Positions 10,884 to 21,219 of a DNA stretch of 64,000 nucleotides are shown here, in pieces; the first letter of the stretch is position 1, and each line of letters begins with the position of its first letter. A program made the position numbers and the translations under genes. The notes beneath the pieces were generated by a model. It saw only the letters and a program-made list of their open reading frames with translations. It was not told the origin of the DNA and did no database searches. The stretch spans positions 352,001 to 416,000 of the forward strand of contig OY969801.1 in NCBI GenBank assembly GCA_963703225.1, in the 5' to 3' direction. Source of the stretch: Candidatus Eiseniibacteriota bacterium. Lineage in GTDB: Bacteria > Eisenbacteria > RBG-16-71-46 > SZUA-252.

Positions 10884-12662
10884 TCAATCGCGCCAGGGTT
10901 GATGGCGATTCGTGATCGGTAGTCGGCGATCCTTGCCCAGGGCTCGCGGTGTAATCCGGATGCCCGGCGGCGCCTGACGGCGCTTGTACTCGGCGCGGTC
11001 GACCATTCGGATGACACGTTGGACGAGGGCGCGATCGTATCCCATTGCGACGATTCGCTCCACCTCCCAGTCCTCCTCGACGTAGGCCTTCAAGATCGGG
11101 TCGAGCACCTCGTAAGGGGGAAGGGTATCCGTATCCTTTTGACCCGGGCGCAGTTCCGCCGTCGGCTCCCGGTCGATCGTCCGTTTGGGGATCCAGGGCC
11201 GGGCGCCCGGCGCGCCGTTCCGATAGCGGGCGATCTCGTAGATCAGCGTCTTCGGAACGTCCTTGAGCACCGCGAACCCGCCCGCCATGTCGCCGTAGAG
11301 CGTGGTGTACCCGACCGAATACTCGCTCTTGTTGCCGGTTGTAAGAACGAGCCAGCCGAACTTGTTCGAGAGCGCCATCAGCATGTTGCCCCGGACGCGC
11401 GACTGAATGTTCTCTTCGGTCACGTCCTCCGGCATCCCCGAGAAGACGGGCGCGAGCGTCTTCTTGTACGCCTCCATCTCGTCGGTGATCGGCAGCGTCA
11501 GGAATTGAATGCCCAGATTCTTGGCGAGGGCGGCGGCATCCTCCGCGCTCTCGCTCGCCGTGAACGGCGAGGGCATGAAGACCCCGGTCACGGACGAAGC
11601 GTCGAGCGCGTCCACCGCGACCGAGGCGGTCAACGCCGAATCGATGCCCCCACTCAATCCGAGCAGCACGTGGGTGAAGTCGTTCTTGCGGACGTAGTCG
11701 TGCGTGCCGAGGATCAGCGCCTTGTAGACTTCCTGGGACCCCGCCGGCGTCTCGATGGGGCGGGGCTTGAGGGCGGGGCGCGCCGGCTCCGGCACGGGAC
11801 GAAGCTGCACCACGGGGAACTGCGACCCCGGCTCCTCGCGCTGCGACATCTCGCGGCTGCGCGGATCTCTAAGTCGAGCGCTGAACACATCGTCGAGGTC
11901 GATGTCGAGGACCACCAGATCCTCTTCGAACGCCTTGGCGCGCGCGAGGCATTCGCCGCGGGGGCCGAAGACGCGGCTGTTCCCGTCAAAGACCAGCTCG
12001 TCCTGCCCGCCGACCGTGTTGACGAACGCGACGATCGAAACCCCGTCCATGGCGCGCGTGGCGAGCATCCGATCGCGCCCCACGCTCTTGGCCATGTGAA
12101 ACGGCGACGAGGAGAGGTTGATCACCAGCTCCGCGTCCCCGTAGACCGCGAGCTGGGTCGGATTGGAAGGAAGCCAGATGTCCTCGCAGATATTGACCCC
12201 AAAGGTGAGCGGGCCTCGCTTGCAGACGAAGGGGTTTCGCCCGGGACGGAAGTAGCGGAACTCGTCGAAGACCGCGTAATTGGGGAGGTGGCTCTTGTGG
12301 TAGACGCCGGCGATCTCCCCGTCGTGGGCGATCGCGGCCGCGTTGTAGACGTCCTCGGCCCGCTGGGCGAAGCCGATGATGGCGGTAATCCCCTTGGTGG
12401 CCCGAGTGACCTCTTCCAGCGCCGCCTGGTTCTGATCGATGAACTCCGGGCGGAGGAGGAGATCTTCGGGCGGGTAGCCGGTGAGCACGAGTTCCGGAAA
12501 GGCGACCAGCTCCGCCCCCATATCGCGTGCACGGCCGAGGAACTCAATGACCCGCTTGGCATTTCCCGGCAGGTCGCCTACGGTCGGGTTGATTTGCGCG
12601 AGAGCGATGCGGACGACGCGGGACGAGCCACCGCGGGGGCGCGGTGCTTTCGTGGGGCTCAT
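10884..12662 (-). CDS. nadE: Glutamine-dependent NAD+ synthetase
   Basis: Nitrilase domain (FPELVLTGYPPEDL, NICEDIW) plus GLSGGIDS, TGNKSE, EYKRRQAPPG. Confidence 0.97.
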   Translation of the reverse strand: MSPTKAPRPRGGSSRVVRIALAQINPTVGDLPGNAKRVIEFLGRARDMGAELVAFPELVLTGYPPEDLLLRPEFIDQNQAALEEVTRATKGITAIIGFAQRAEDVYNAAAIAHDGEIAGVYHKSHLPNYAVFDEFRYFRPGRNPFVCKRGPLTFGVNICEDIWLPSNPTQLAVYGDAELVINLSSSPFHMAKSVGRDRMLATRAMDGVSIVAFVNTVGGQDELVFDGNSRVFGPRGECLARAKAFEEDLVVLDIDLDDVFSARLRDPRSREMSQREEPGSQFPVVQLRPVPEPARPALKPRPIETPAGSQEVYKALILGTHDYVRKNDFTHVLLGLSGGIDSALTASVAVDALDASSVTGVFMPSPFTASESAEDAAALAKNLGIQFLTLPITDEMEAYKKTLAPVFSGMPEDVTEENIQSRVRGNMLMALSNKFGWLVLTTGNKSEYSVGYTTLYGDMAGGFAVLKDVPKTLIYEIARYRNGAPGARPWIPKRTIDREPTAELRPGQKDTDTLPPYEVLDPILKAYVEEDWEVERIVAMGYDRALVQRVIRMVDRAEYKRRQAPPGIRITPRALGKDRRLPITNRHQPWRD

Positions 12663-12746
12663 ACGGTCATGCTACCACGGTGGTAGGCTCCCCGCCACCG
12701 GACGAGGGCTGCGCGCGGCTTCCGGTACTTGGGTATAATCGACGCT

Positions 12747-13286
12747 ATGACAAGAGATTCCGTGGTTGTCTTTGGGAGCAGCCAGGCCTCGCGGGATTCA
12801 ACCCACTACCGCTTGGCCGGGGAGTTGGGGGCCGCGCTCGCCCGGCGCGGGGCCGAAGTGCGCTGCGGTGGATATGGCGGCGTCATGGAGGCGGTGGCGA
12901 TCGGGGCGAAGAGCGAGGGCGGGCGCGTGTTCGGCTGCACGCTGAAGTGGTTCTCCGAGAGCCGCACTCCGAACAGTCACCTGGATCAGGTCCACGAGGC
13001 GGCCAATCTGCATACCCGGATCGAGTGTCTGCTCCGAGGCACGCGGGGCGCGGTCGTCTTACCCGGGGGCGTCGGAACGATGAACGAGCTGTTCTGGGTT
13101 TGGACCATGTTGCTCCTGGACCGCGACGAGGGGCCGCAGTCGATCGCGCTCTTGGGAGAGCCCTGGCCAGAGTTGATGAGCGTCCTGAGCCGGAGCTTTG
13201 AGTTCGACAATCCGATCCGATCGTTGGTGAGTTTGGCTGAGACGGCGGATGAGGCGGTCACGATCGTGTTGGGTGCGAGTGCGTAG
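12747..13286 (+). CDS. LOG family (lysine decarboxylase-like) nucleotide phosphoribohydrolase
   Basis: VFGSS, GGYGGVMEAVA, LPGGVGTMNEL. Confidence 0.85.
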   Translation: MTRDSVVVFGSSQASRDSTHYRLAGELGAALARRGAEVRCGGYGGVMEAVAIGAKSEGGRVFGCTLKWFSESRTPNSHLDQVHEAANLHTRIECLLRGTRGAVVLPGGVGTMNELFWVWTMLLLDRDEGPQSIALLGEPWPELMSVLSRSFEFDNPIRSLVSLAETADEAVTIVLGASA

Positions 13287-13314
13287 CGCACCGACGAGGG
13301 TTCTCGATACGGCC

Positions 13315-14405
13315 ATGGCTGGTGCGGGAGAGCCGGTCAACTTTGCGAAGAGGGCGATTGACGCGTTCGCGCAACAGGCCCTGCGAATACCTGCCTATGG
13401 TGCGTTCGTCCGCTCCTTGGGGCTCGATGGGCCAGGCGTGTCCGACTGGCGCGCCATTCCGCCGGTGCCGACCTCGGCGTTCAAGTCGCACGATTTGAGC
13501 GCGGCGGCGCCGGGAAGCGAGGTCGTGGTGTTCGAAACGAGCGGAACGACGATTTCCAGGCCGGGTCGTGTTCGTCTGAGCTCGACTGAACTCTACGAGG
13601 CATCTCTCCTCAAGAATTTCGAAACCCATCTGCTCCCGGACGGCGCTCACCTCCATGCGATTATCTTCGGACCGACCCGCGCCGAGTCACCGCGATCCTC
13701 TCTCTGGTTCATGGTCGACCGGATCGTCGAGCGTCTGACGGCGGGTGGAACCTGGATCGTGCGCGATGGAGAGCCGCGGTGGGAAATCGCCGATGCCGCT
13801 CTGGAGCACGCCGCCGCGGAGGGGAAGCCGCTCCTGCTTCTGGGCACCACGCTCCTCTACATGGCCTACCTCGAGCGGCTCGAGGGCCTGCGTAAGAGCT
13901 TTGCCCTTCCCTCAGGCTCGCGCGCGATGGACACCGGCGGGGCGAAGGGGCAACGCGCTGAATTCGCGCGCGCCGAGGTCGAGGCCGGCTTCGCGCGCCA
14001 TCTCGGCATTCCGCCGACGCACCTCGTCAACGAGTACGGCATGGCCGAGATGGGAAGCCAGTTCTACGACGACAATCTCATCGCCGCGCACGAGGGCCGC
14101 GCGCCGCGACCCGGCAAGCAGATTCCACCCTGGGTGCGTACGCGCGTGCTCCATCCCGAGACCTGGAAGAGCAGCCGGACGGCGAGCGCGGCATCCTCGT
14201 CCACTACGACCTCGCGAATCTGGAGATCCCGCTCGCGATCCAGACGGAGGACGTCGGAAGCCGCATCGGGGATCGCCTGTTCCTCGAAGGGCGGCTCCTC
14301 GGAGCGGAAGCGCGTGGATGTTCGCTCGCGTTCGAACAATTCTTGCGACGGGAGCGACCGGCCGGCCGCCAAGCCGGGACCCAAACGCCCGAGGCGCGGC
14401 GATGA
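13315..14405 (+). CDS. LuxE-like acyl-protein synthetase; frameshift near 14163
   Basis: PTSAFK, FETSGTT, DTGGAKG, NEYGMAEMGSQ; after the shift DLAN..IQTEDVG..AEARGCS, ending TGA 14403-14405. Confidence 0.85.
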
Positions 14406-15922
14406 CCTCCGCCTTCTACCTGCCGCTCGGCTTGGAAGAGGGTCTCGAGACCTCGATCCAGCGCTTCGGTCCGCCGCACGACGCGCTCGAGCTTCATCTC
14501 CCGGTCGTCGGTCCCGACGACCTCCTCCGTTGGATCGAGTCGCTTCGGAATGCGCGCGAGGAGCATCTCGCGCGAAGGCCGATCGCGGCGATCATCAAAT
14601 CGCTCGACCGCGTCGCGCGCCGCTTCCTCGACCCGAGGGACTCGGCGCGCCGCGAGGCCGTGGAGTCGCTCTCCCGAGCCGGCCGCTTCACCGCGCCGAT
14701 GATGGAGCGCGCGTTGGACGACGCCTTCCAGCCGATCACGCGCGGGGGGCTCGCGAAATGGATCCAATCCGAGCTGGGCTCGATCCAGGCGCTCGACCGG
14801 CCCGCGCCAGGGCCGGGCGGAACGCTCCGCCGCGCCCACGGCCCGGAATGGATGCTGCAGATCTACGCGGGGAACATTCCGACACTCCCGATCTGGCCGA
14901 TCTACTCGGCGCTCCTTCTCAAGGCGGCTCTCCTCGCGAAGACCTCCGCGCAGGAGCCGCTCATGGGCCCGCTCCTCGCGCGGACGATCGCGGAGGAGGA
15001 CGAGAACCTCGGCGCCTGTCTTGCGGTCGTCTGGTGGAAGGGAGGATCGAGCGATCTGGACCGGACGGCGCTCTCGCTCGCGCCCGCCGTGCTCGCGTTC
15101 GGCGGGGAGGAAGCGATGGCGAGCGTGGGGAGACAAGCCCAACGCGACGCCGTGCGCGTGCTGCACGGCCCCAAGGTGAGCTTGGCCTACGTCGAGCGGC
15201 GCGCCCTCAACTACACGGCGCTCCGGGGTCTCGCGGCCCGCGCCGCGCTCGACGTTTCACTCTACGATCAGCAGGGCTGCCTTTCGCCGCACGCCTTCTA
15301 TGTCGAGCGTCGTGGCGAGGTGCCGCCCGCGAAATTCGCCGCCGCGCTCGCCGCGGCGCTGGAGTCTCGGGCGCACGAGCTGCCGCGCGGTATTGTCGCC
15401 GCCGAGGACGCGGCCCGCGTTCAGCTCTTCCGCGCGCAGGCGCGGTTTGAGGCGGCCGGTGCGGGCGCAACGGGTGGATCGATCGGCTCCGAAATCGCGA
15501 TCGGCGTCCCGAGGATGGCCGCCGGTCTTGGGGCGACGCGGGTCATTGAGTCGCCCGGCGCGACCACATGGACCGTCGTGCTCGAGGAGGGAGCCCGCTT
15601 TGAGCCGGGGCCGACGCATCGGACCGTCCGCGTTCACGCCGTCGACGGGCCCGAGGAGCTGGCGCGCGCTCTCCGCGAATCGGCCCGTTACATCGAGGCG
15701 ATCGGCCTCGAGGCGCGTGGTCCGGAACGCGCGCGTCTCGCCGCCGCGTTCACCTCGCTCGGGATACCGCGCATCGCGCCGATCGGCCAACTCCAGCGCC
15801 CGAGCCCGCTCGGAACGCATGGGGGCGTCCGCCGGCTTTCGCCCTTCGTTACATGGTCGACGGTGGAGGAAAGCCGGGTGACGGCGGGATCGCGGCAGAG
15901 AACGTCAAAACAGCGCCCCTGA
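14402..15922 (+). CDS. LuxC-like acyl-CoA reductase
   Basis: AGNIP, AFGGEEA, HGPKVS, YDQQGCLSP catalytic Cys; ATGA overlap with the luxE-like gene. Confidence 0.88.
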   Translation: MTSAFYLPLGLEEGLETSIQRFGPPHDALELHLPVVGPDDLLRWIESLRNAREEHLARRPIAAIIKSLDRVARRFLDPRDSARREAVESLSRAGRFTAPMMERALDDAFQPITRGGLAKWIQSELGSIQALDRPAPGPGGTLRRAHGPEWMLQIYAGNIPTLPIWPIYSALLLKAALLAKTSAQEPLMGPLLARTIAEEDENLGACLAVVWWKGGSSDLDRTALSLAPAVLAFGGEEAMASVGRQAQRDAVRVLHGPKVSLAYVERRALNYTALRGLAARAALDVSLYDQQGCLSPHAFYVERRGEVPPAKFAAALAAALESRAHELPRGIVAAEDAARVQLFRAQARFEAAGAGATGGSIGSEIAIGVPRMAAGLGATRVIESPGATTWTVVLEEGARFEPGPTHRTVRVHAVDGPEELARALRESARYIEAIGLEARGPERARLAAAFTSLGIPRIAPIGQLQRPSPLGTHGGVRRLSPFVTWSTVEESRVTAGSRQRTSKQRP

Positions 15923-15973
15923 TCCTCGCACACCGCCCCTGATCCTCACCCGCCGCCCCTGATTCTCACCCAG
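15914..15973. repeat. Three tandem 20-bp imperfect direct repeats
   Basis: cgcccctgatcctcgcacac / cgcccctgatcctcacccgc / cgcccctgattctcacccag. Confidence 0.85.
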
Positions 15974-16005
15974 CTCCGCGCCGCCGGTGCGTAGTACGCG
16001 ATCAA

Positions 16006-16386
16006 CTACGGCTTTACTTCCAGGGTCGCGGTCATCGACGGGTGGAATCGGCATTCGTACGCAAACGTGCCCGCGGTACCCATCGTGATCGGCGCGCTGG
16101 TGCTTCCCGGGCTGATATCGACGGTCCATGCGCCGCCGGCGGCGGTGGAGGAGTGGGTCAGCCCGCGGTTGTTTTTCCAGGAGACCGTCTGGCCCACGGT
16201 CACCGTGTCCGGGCTCGGCGAGAAGGCGCCGGCACCCATGTCGGCCACGATGTTGATCGTCACGTCGGCGGCGGTACCCGGATTCATCGGGTTCTTCTTA
16301 TCGTCGCCACCCCCGCACCCGTGGAGCGCGAACGCTCCGAGCAGTGCGAGCAAGCCAGCCAATCCCCATCGATGCGATCTCTTCAT
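16006..16386 (-). CDS. Plastocyanin/cupredoxin-family lipoprotein
   Basis: Lipobox LHGC; type-1 Cu ligands H (THSST) and YECRFHPSM. Confidence 0.88.
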   Translation of the reverse strand: MKRSHRWGLAGLLALLGAFALHGCGGGDDKKNPMNPGTAADVTINIVADMGAGAFSPSPDTVTVGQTVSWKNNRGLTHSSTAAGGAWTVDISPGSTSAPITMGTAGTFAYECRFHPSMTATLEVKP

Positions 16387-16568
16387 GGCAACCCTCCGAG
16401 AGCAGGCATGAACCCGGCATGGACCACTTTAGATGCCCGCCCCCGCGAGCTTGACCCAGACCATATTACATCGGCACATTTGGCGCACGCATGATCCACC
16501 TAATTTGTGTAACTACAGTCACTTATAATCAGAGTTGGAGAGCCAGTCAGTCCTGCCGATGAATGGGC

Positions 16569-16598
16569 TAGACTCTGACGTGCGCGTAAGGGTATGAT
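16569..16598 (+). promoter_or_regulatory. Promoter with MerR-type operator in the spacer
   Basis: TAGACT-N18-TATGAT overlapping the dyad ACTCTGACG-N4-CGTAAGGGT (7/9 symmetric), just upstream of a MerR gene. Confidence 0.6.
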
Positions 16599-16626
16599 CC
16601 GAAGCGAGGATCTGGGGGGAAATTCC

Positions 16627-17160
16627 ATGGATACAACGAGTCCGAAGCTTTTGAAGGTTGGAGACCTCGCGCGCCGTACCGGCAAGTCGGTTCGCGCCCT
16701 TCACCTTTATGAAGAGCTGGGTTTGCTCAATCCCAAGGCTCGCTCGCACGGGGGATTTCGCCTTTACGACGAGTCGGCCTACACGCGGATTCGCTGGATC
16801 GAGCTTCTTCAGGACAGCGGCTTCTCGCTCCACCAGATTCAGGACTTGCTGCAAGCGTGGCATGGCACCCGGTATGGGCCGGACGCGATGGCCTCGGTTC
16901 GAGGCATTTTCGAAAAACGCCTCGCCGAGACGCGCCAGGCGATCGAGCGCTACCGAGACCTCGAGAAGGAGCTGGAAGGCTCGCTGGAGTACCTCAATAC
17001 CTGCCAGCAATGCAGGCCGCCCCGCACCACGTCGGAGGACTGCCCGCATTGCCCGGAGGATCACGGAATGAAGACGGAGCCCGCGCTCGTCGCGGGCTTC
17101 CATACGGGACCGCCTCCCGCGGGGTCGATCCCGCTGCACGCGGATTCGGAGAACGCATGA
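16627..17160 (+). CDS. MerR-family regulator with C-terminal CxxC-x9-CxxC
   Basis: LKVGDLARRTGKSVRALHLYEELGLL..GFRLY; CQQC..CPHC. Confidence 0.92.
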   Translation: MDTTSPKLLKVGDLARRTGKSVRALHLYEELGLLNPKARSHGGFRLYDESAYTRIRWIELLQDSGFSLHQIQDLLQAWHGTRYGPDAMASVRGIFEKRLAETRQAIERYRDLEKELEGSLEYLNTCQQCRPPRTTSEDCPHCPEDHGMKTEPALVAGFHTGPPPAGSIPLHADSENA

Positions 17161-17537
17161 GCGAAACGGAAGCGCGACCCGGCATGGAGTCGTCCGAGAA
17201 GACAGCCTCCCGAACCATCGCGCTGACCCCATCCGCGGTCGAGTGGGTGAAGCGGGTTCGTACGAAGGAGGGGAAAGCGGGGCAAGCGCTCCGGCTGGGC
17301 GTCAAGGCGGGTGGGTGCTCCGGCTACAGCTATTTCATGGGGTTCACGACCGCCGAGCGGCCGGGGGATCTCGTCCTCGCGTACGACGGGTTGACCGTCT
17401 ACGTCGATCCTCGGTCCCTCGAGATTCTCGATGGCACGACGGTCGACTACGAGCGTGGGCTGCTCGGGAGCGGCATCCAGTTCAAGAATCCACGCGTCAA
17501 AAAGTCGTGCGGATGCGGGGAGAGCTTCAGCTTATAA
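17157..17537 (+). CDS. sufA: A-type Fe-S carrier (IscA/SufA/HesB)
   Basis: GGCSGYSY and CGCGESF. Confidence 0.9.
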   Translation: MSETEARPGMESSEKTASRTIALTPSAVEWVKRVRTKEGKAGQALRLGVKAGGCSGYSYFMGFTTAERPGDLVLAYDGLTVYVDPRSLEILDGTTVDYERGLLGSGIQFKNPRVKKSCGCGESFSL

Positions 17538-17604
17538 CGACGGGCCTCCGGGCCCGCTGACCGACCGCGGCTCACGCCGCGGCCTTGACCACGGGAAGGA
17601 GACA

Positions 17605-18375
17605 ATGAGCGCCAACGCGACGCTGGAAATTCAGAACCTGCACGTTTCCGTCGAGGGGAAGCCGATCTTGAAGGGCCTCTCCCTCAGCGTGAAGAAGGGT
17701 GAGATCCACGCCCTCATGGGACCGAACGGCTCGGGCAAGAGCACGCTCGCCAACGCCCTCATGGGGAACCCCAAGTACGAGGTGACGGAGGGGAAGATCC
17801 TCCTGAACGGGAAAGACCTTCTGGAGATGGGCGCGGACGAGCGGGGCCGGAACGGCCTCTTCCTCGCGTTTCAGTATCCGACGGCGATCCCGGGCGTCAG
17901 CGTCGCCAACTTCCTCCGCATGGCCCTGACCGCGCGCCGGAAGGAGATGGGGGAGGAGAAGCCACTTCCACCCAAGGAATTCCGCGCGCTCATGAAGGAG
18001 AAGATGGCGCTCCTCAAGATGGACGACTCCTTCGCGGGTCGCTACATCAACGACGGGTTCTCGGGCGGCGAGAAGAAGCGCGCCGAGATTCTCCAGATGG
18101 CGGTTCTCAAGCCGGAAATCGCGATCCTCGACGAGACCGACTCGGGGCTCGACATCGACGCGCTGCGAATCGTCTCGGAGGGCGTGAATGCGCTCGCCGG
18201 TCCCGATCTCGGTGTGCTCTTGATCACGCACTATCAGCGGATCCTGAATTACATCAAGCCGCAGTTCGTCCACGTATTGGTCGACGGTCGCCTTGTCAAA
18301 TCGGGCGGCCCGGAGCTGGCGCACGAGCTTGAAGCACAGGGCTACGATTGGGTCCGGGAAGGCCAGGCCGCGTGA
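17605..18375 (+). CDS. sufC: Fe-S assembly ATPase SufC
   Basis: [37 protein letters not shown]. Confidence 0.97.
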   Translation: MSANATLEIQNLHVSVEGKPILKGLSLSVKKGEIHALMGPNGSGKSTLANALMGNPKYEVTEGKILLNGKDLLEMGADERGRNGLFLAFQYPTAIPGVSVANFLRMALTARRKEMGEEKPLPPKEFRALMKEKMALLKMDDSFAGRYINDGFSGGEKKRAEILQMAVLKPEIAILDETDSGLDIDALRIVSEGVNALAGPDLGVLLITHYQRILNYIKPQFVHVLVDGRLVKSGGPELAHELEAQGYDWVREGQAA

Positions 18376-18403
18376 CGGCACGCGCGACGAAGGAGATCAC
18401 GTC

Positions 18404-19813
18404 ATGACGCAACCGCAGACGATGGATATCCGTGAAGGATATAAGGAGAAGTTCGGCTTCCACGACGACATCAAGCCGATCTTCAAGTCCCGGAGGGGGC
18501 TCGACAGCGACGTCGTGGCCCAGATCTCCGAGATGAAGGGCGAGCCGGCCTGGATGCGCGACTTCCGCCTCAAGGCGTACAAGGAGTTCGAGAAGAAGAA
18601 GCTTCCGCTCTGGGGTGGCAACGTGGCCGAGATCGACTTCCAGAGCATCTTCTACTACCTGAAGCCAACCACGGAGCAGGGGAAGACCTGGGAGGACGTG
18701 CCGAGCGACATCAAGCGGACGTTCGACAAGCTGGGAATTCCCGAGGCGGAGCAGAAGTTCTTGTCCGGCGTCGGGGCCCAGTACGATTCCGAGGTCGTCT
18801 ACCACAAGATCAAGGAGAGCCTCACCAAGCAGGGCGTGCTCTTCACGGACACCGACTCCGCGCTCAGGGAGCATCCGGAGCTGTTCCGGGAGTACTTCGG
18901 CACGCTCATTCCGCCGAGCGATAACAAGTTCGCGGCCTTGAACAGCGCGGTCTGGAGCGGTGGCTCCTTTATCTACGTGCCCAAGGGCGTCCAGGTCGAA
19001 ATGCCGCTCCAGGCCTACTTCCGCATCAACGCCCAGAACATGGGCCAGTTCGAGCGGACGCTCATCATCGTCGATGAGGGAGCGTGGGTGCACTACGTGG
19101 AGGGCTGCACGGCGCCCATTTACGCGTCCGACTCGCTCCACTCCGCGGTGGTCGAGATCATCGTGAAGCGCGGGGCGCGCTGCCGCTATACGACCATCCA
19201 GAATTGGTCGAACAACGTCTACAACCTCGTGACAAAGAGGGCCGCGGCCTACGGCGACGCCACCATGGAATGGGTCGACGCCAACCTCGGCTCCAAGCTC
19301 ACGATGAAATATCCGAGCGTCTACCTGATGGAGCCGGGCGCCCACGCCGAGATCCTCTCGATCGCGTTCGCGGGCAAGGGGCAGCATCAGGACGCCGGCG
19401 GCAAGGCGGTCCACGCCGCGCCGAACACGACCTCGAGCATCGTCTCGAAGTCGATCAGCAAGGACGGCGGCCGGGCGGGCTACCGAGGCCTGATCAAGAT
19501 CGCCAAGGGCGCCAAGGGGTCCAAGTCGACGGTTCGCTGCGACGCGCTGCTCCTGGACGAGCACTCGCGCTCGGACACCTACCCCTACATGGAAATCGAG
19601 GAAGACCAGGTCACCATCGGCCACGAGGCGACGGTTTCCAAGATCGGCGACGAGCAGCTCTTCTACCTCATGAGCCGCGGCATTCCGGAGGCGGAGGCGG
19701 CCGCGATGATCGTCAGCGGATTCATCGAGCCGATCACCAAGGAGCTTCCGATGGAGTACGCGGTGGAGATGAACCGGCTGATTCAATTGCAGATGGAGGG
19801 CTCGGTCGGCTAG
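18404..19813 (+). CDS. sufB: Fe-S assembly protein SufB
   Basis: [32 protein letters not shown]. Confidence 0.97.
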   Translation: MTQPQTMDIREGYKEKFGFHDDIKPIFKSRRGLDSDVVAQISEMKGEPAWMRDFRLKAYKEFEKKKLPLWGGNVAEIDFQSIFYYLKPTTEQGKTWEDVPSDIKRTFDKLGIPEAEQKFLSGVGAQYDSEVVYHKIKESLTKQGVLFTDTDSALREHPELFREYFGTLIPPSDNKFAALNSAVWSGGSFIYVPKGVQVEMPLQAYFRINAQNMGQFERTLIIVDEGAWVHYVEGCTAPIYASDSLHSAVVEIIVKRGARCRYTTIQNWSNNVYNLVTKRAAAYGDATMEWVDANLGSKLTMKYPSVYLMEPGAHAEILSIAFAGKGQHQDAGGKAVHAAPNTTSSIVSKSISKDGGRAGYRGLIKIAKGAKGSKSTVRCDALLLDEHSRSDTYPYMEIEEDQVTIGHEATVSKIGDEQLFYLMSRGIPEAEAAAMIVSGFIEPITKELPMEYAVEMNRLIQLQMEGSVG

Positions 19814-19855
19814 GCCGGTCCGCGCCCCGTTCCCATAACCACTCGGAGATCGAAC

Positions 19856-21217
19856 GTGAATCCAACGGAAACCTTAGCCCCCGGCCGGGTCGAGGAATCG
19901 GCCCGCATCGGAGCGCTGACGAAGGACGCGGTCCTAGCCCTCTCGACGCGGGCCAAGGAGCCTGAATTCCTGGCCCTGCGCCGCGCGGCGGCGTGGGCGT
20001 TCTGTGAACGGACGCCGTTCCCCAGCCGTGTCGAAGAGCTGTGGCGGCGCACCGACATCAGCGGGCTCAAGTGGGATTCGGTGGTCGCCGCGCGCGAGCC
20101 GCACGCGGGCGCGCGCTCGGTGGCCGACCTTCCCGCCTCGCTCCGCGACGAAATCGGTCCGGCCACGGAGCGCTCAGCCCTCCTCGTCCAGGTCGACTCG
20201 AGCGTGGTCTGGTCCGAGGCGGACCCGGAGCTGGCCAAGCTCGGGGTGACGGTGCTCTCCATCGCGGAGGCGGCGAGAAAAAACCCGACGCTGGTCGAGG
20301 CCCATCTCGGAGCGACCGTTCGGTCCGACGAGAGCCGCTTCACCGGCCTGAACGGCGCGCTTCTCGGAGGCGGCGCGTTCGTGCACGTCCCCGCGGGCGT
20401 CACGGTGCCCCGCCCGATCCGGATTCTCGTCTCCCGCCAGAGCCCCGACGTCGGGACTTTCCCCCATGTGGTGGTGGCCCTCGAGAAGGGCAGCTCGGCG
20501 AACGTGATCGAGGAGTACTTCTCGCCCGGCGAGCCTGGCGTTGGGGTGAACGTCGGCGTGAGCGAGATCACCGTGGGCCAGGAGGCAACCCTCCACCTGG
20601 CCACGCTCCAGCGCTGGGGCGGAAACGTCTACCACTTCGGCGTCGAGCGGGTCCGGGTGGCGCGCGACGCCCGCTTCCACTGGACCTTTGCCGGGCTCGG
20701 CGGAAAGCTCACCAAGCTCGACATGGAGATGCACCTCGACGGCGAAGGAAGCGAGGCCAAGTTCTCGGGCTGCTATTTCGGGAACGAGACCCAACACTTC
20801 GATTTCCACACCTTCCAGAACCACCTCGCGGGCCATTCGATGAGCGACCTGCTCTTCAAGGGAGCGCTCCGGGGCCGGGCGCGCATGATCTACCAGGGGT
20901 TGATCAAGGTGCACAAGGACGCGCAGCGATCGGACGCCTACCAGGCGAACCGGAATTTGATCCTCTCCGACAAGGCGCGCGCGGATTCCATCCCCAGCCT
21001 CGAAATCGAGGCGAACGACGTTCGGTGCACGCACGGGGCGACGGTGGGGCAGGTGGACGAGGACCAGCTCTTCTATCTCATGGCTCGCGGGTTGAGCCGG
21101 CGCGACGCCGAGCGGCTGATCATCGCCGGGTTTTTCGAGCCGGTGCTCGAGCGGATCCCCGCCGAGTCGCTGCGCGCGCTGGTGACCGAGGCGGTCGAGC
21201 GGAAAGCGGCCGTCTGA
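19856..21217 (+). CDS. sufD: Fe-S assembly protein SufD
   Basis: ELWRRTD, PSLEIEANDVRCTHGATVG, FYLMARG. Confidence 0.95.
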   Translation: MNPTETLAPGRVEESARIGALTKDAVLALSTRAKEPEFLALRRAAAWAFCERTPFPSRVEELWRRTDISGLKWDSVVAAREPHAGARSVADLPASLRDEIGPATERSALLVQVDSSVVWSEADPELAKLGVTVLSIAEAARKNPTLVEAHLGATVRSDESRFTGLNGALLGGGAFVHVPAGVTVPRPIRILVSRQSPDVGTFPHVVVALEKGSSANVIEEYFSPGEPGVGVNVGVSEITVGQEATLHLATLQRWGGNVYHFGVERVRVARDARFHWTFAGLGGKLTKLDMEMHLDGEGSEAKFSGCYFGNETQHFDFHTFQNHLAGHSMSDLLFKGALRGRARMIYQGLIKVHKDAQRSDAYQANRNLILSDKARADSIPSLEIEANDVRCTHGATVGQVDEDQLFYLMARGLSRRDAERLIIAGFFEPVLERIPAESLRALVTEAVERKAAV

Positions 21218-21219
21218 CC

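Noticed and set aside
9107..12686. Long antisense ORFs (9107..10609, 11019..12686 and similar ones elsewhere)
   Set aside because: Shadow ORFs typical of high-GC codon bias opposite real genes.
13315..15922. Bioluminescence locus
   Set aside because: No luxA/luxB/luxD in the window.
15914..15973. Possible mini-CRISPR
   Set aside because: Repeats are contiguous without unique spacers, and there are no cas genes.
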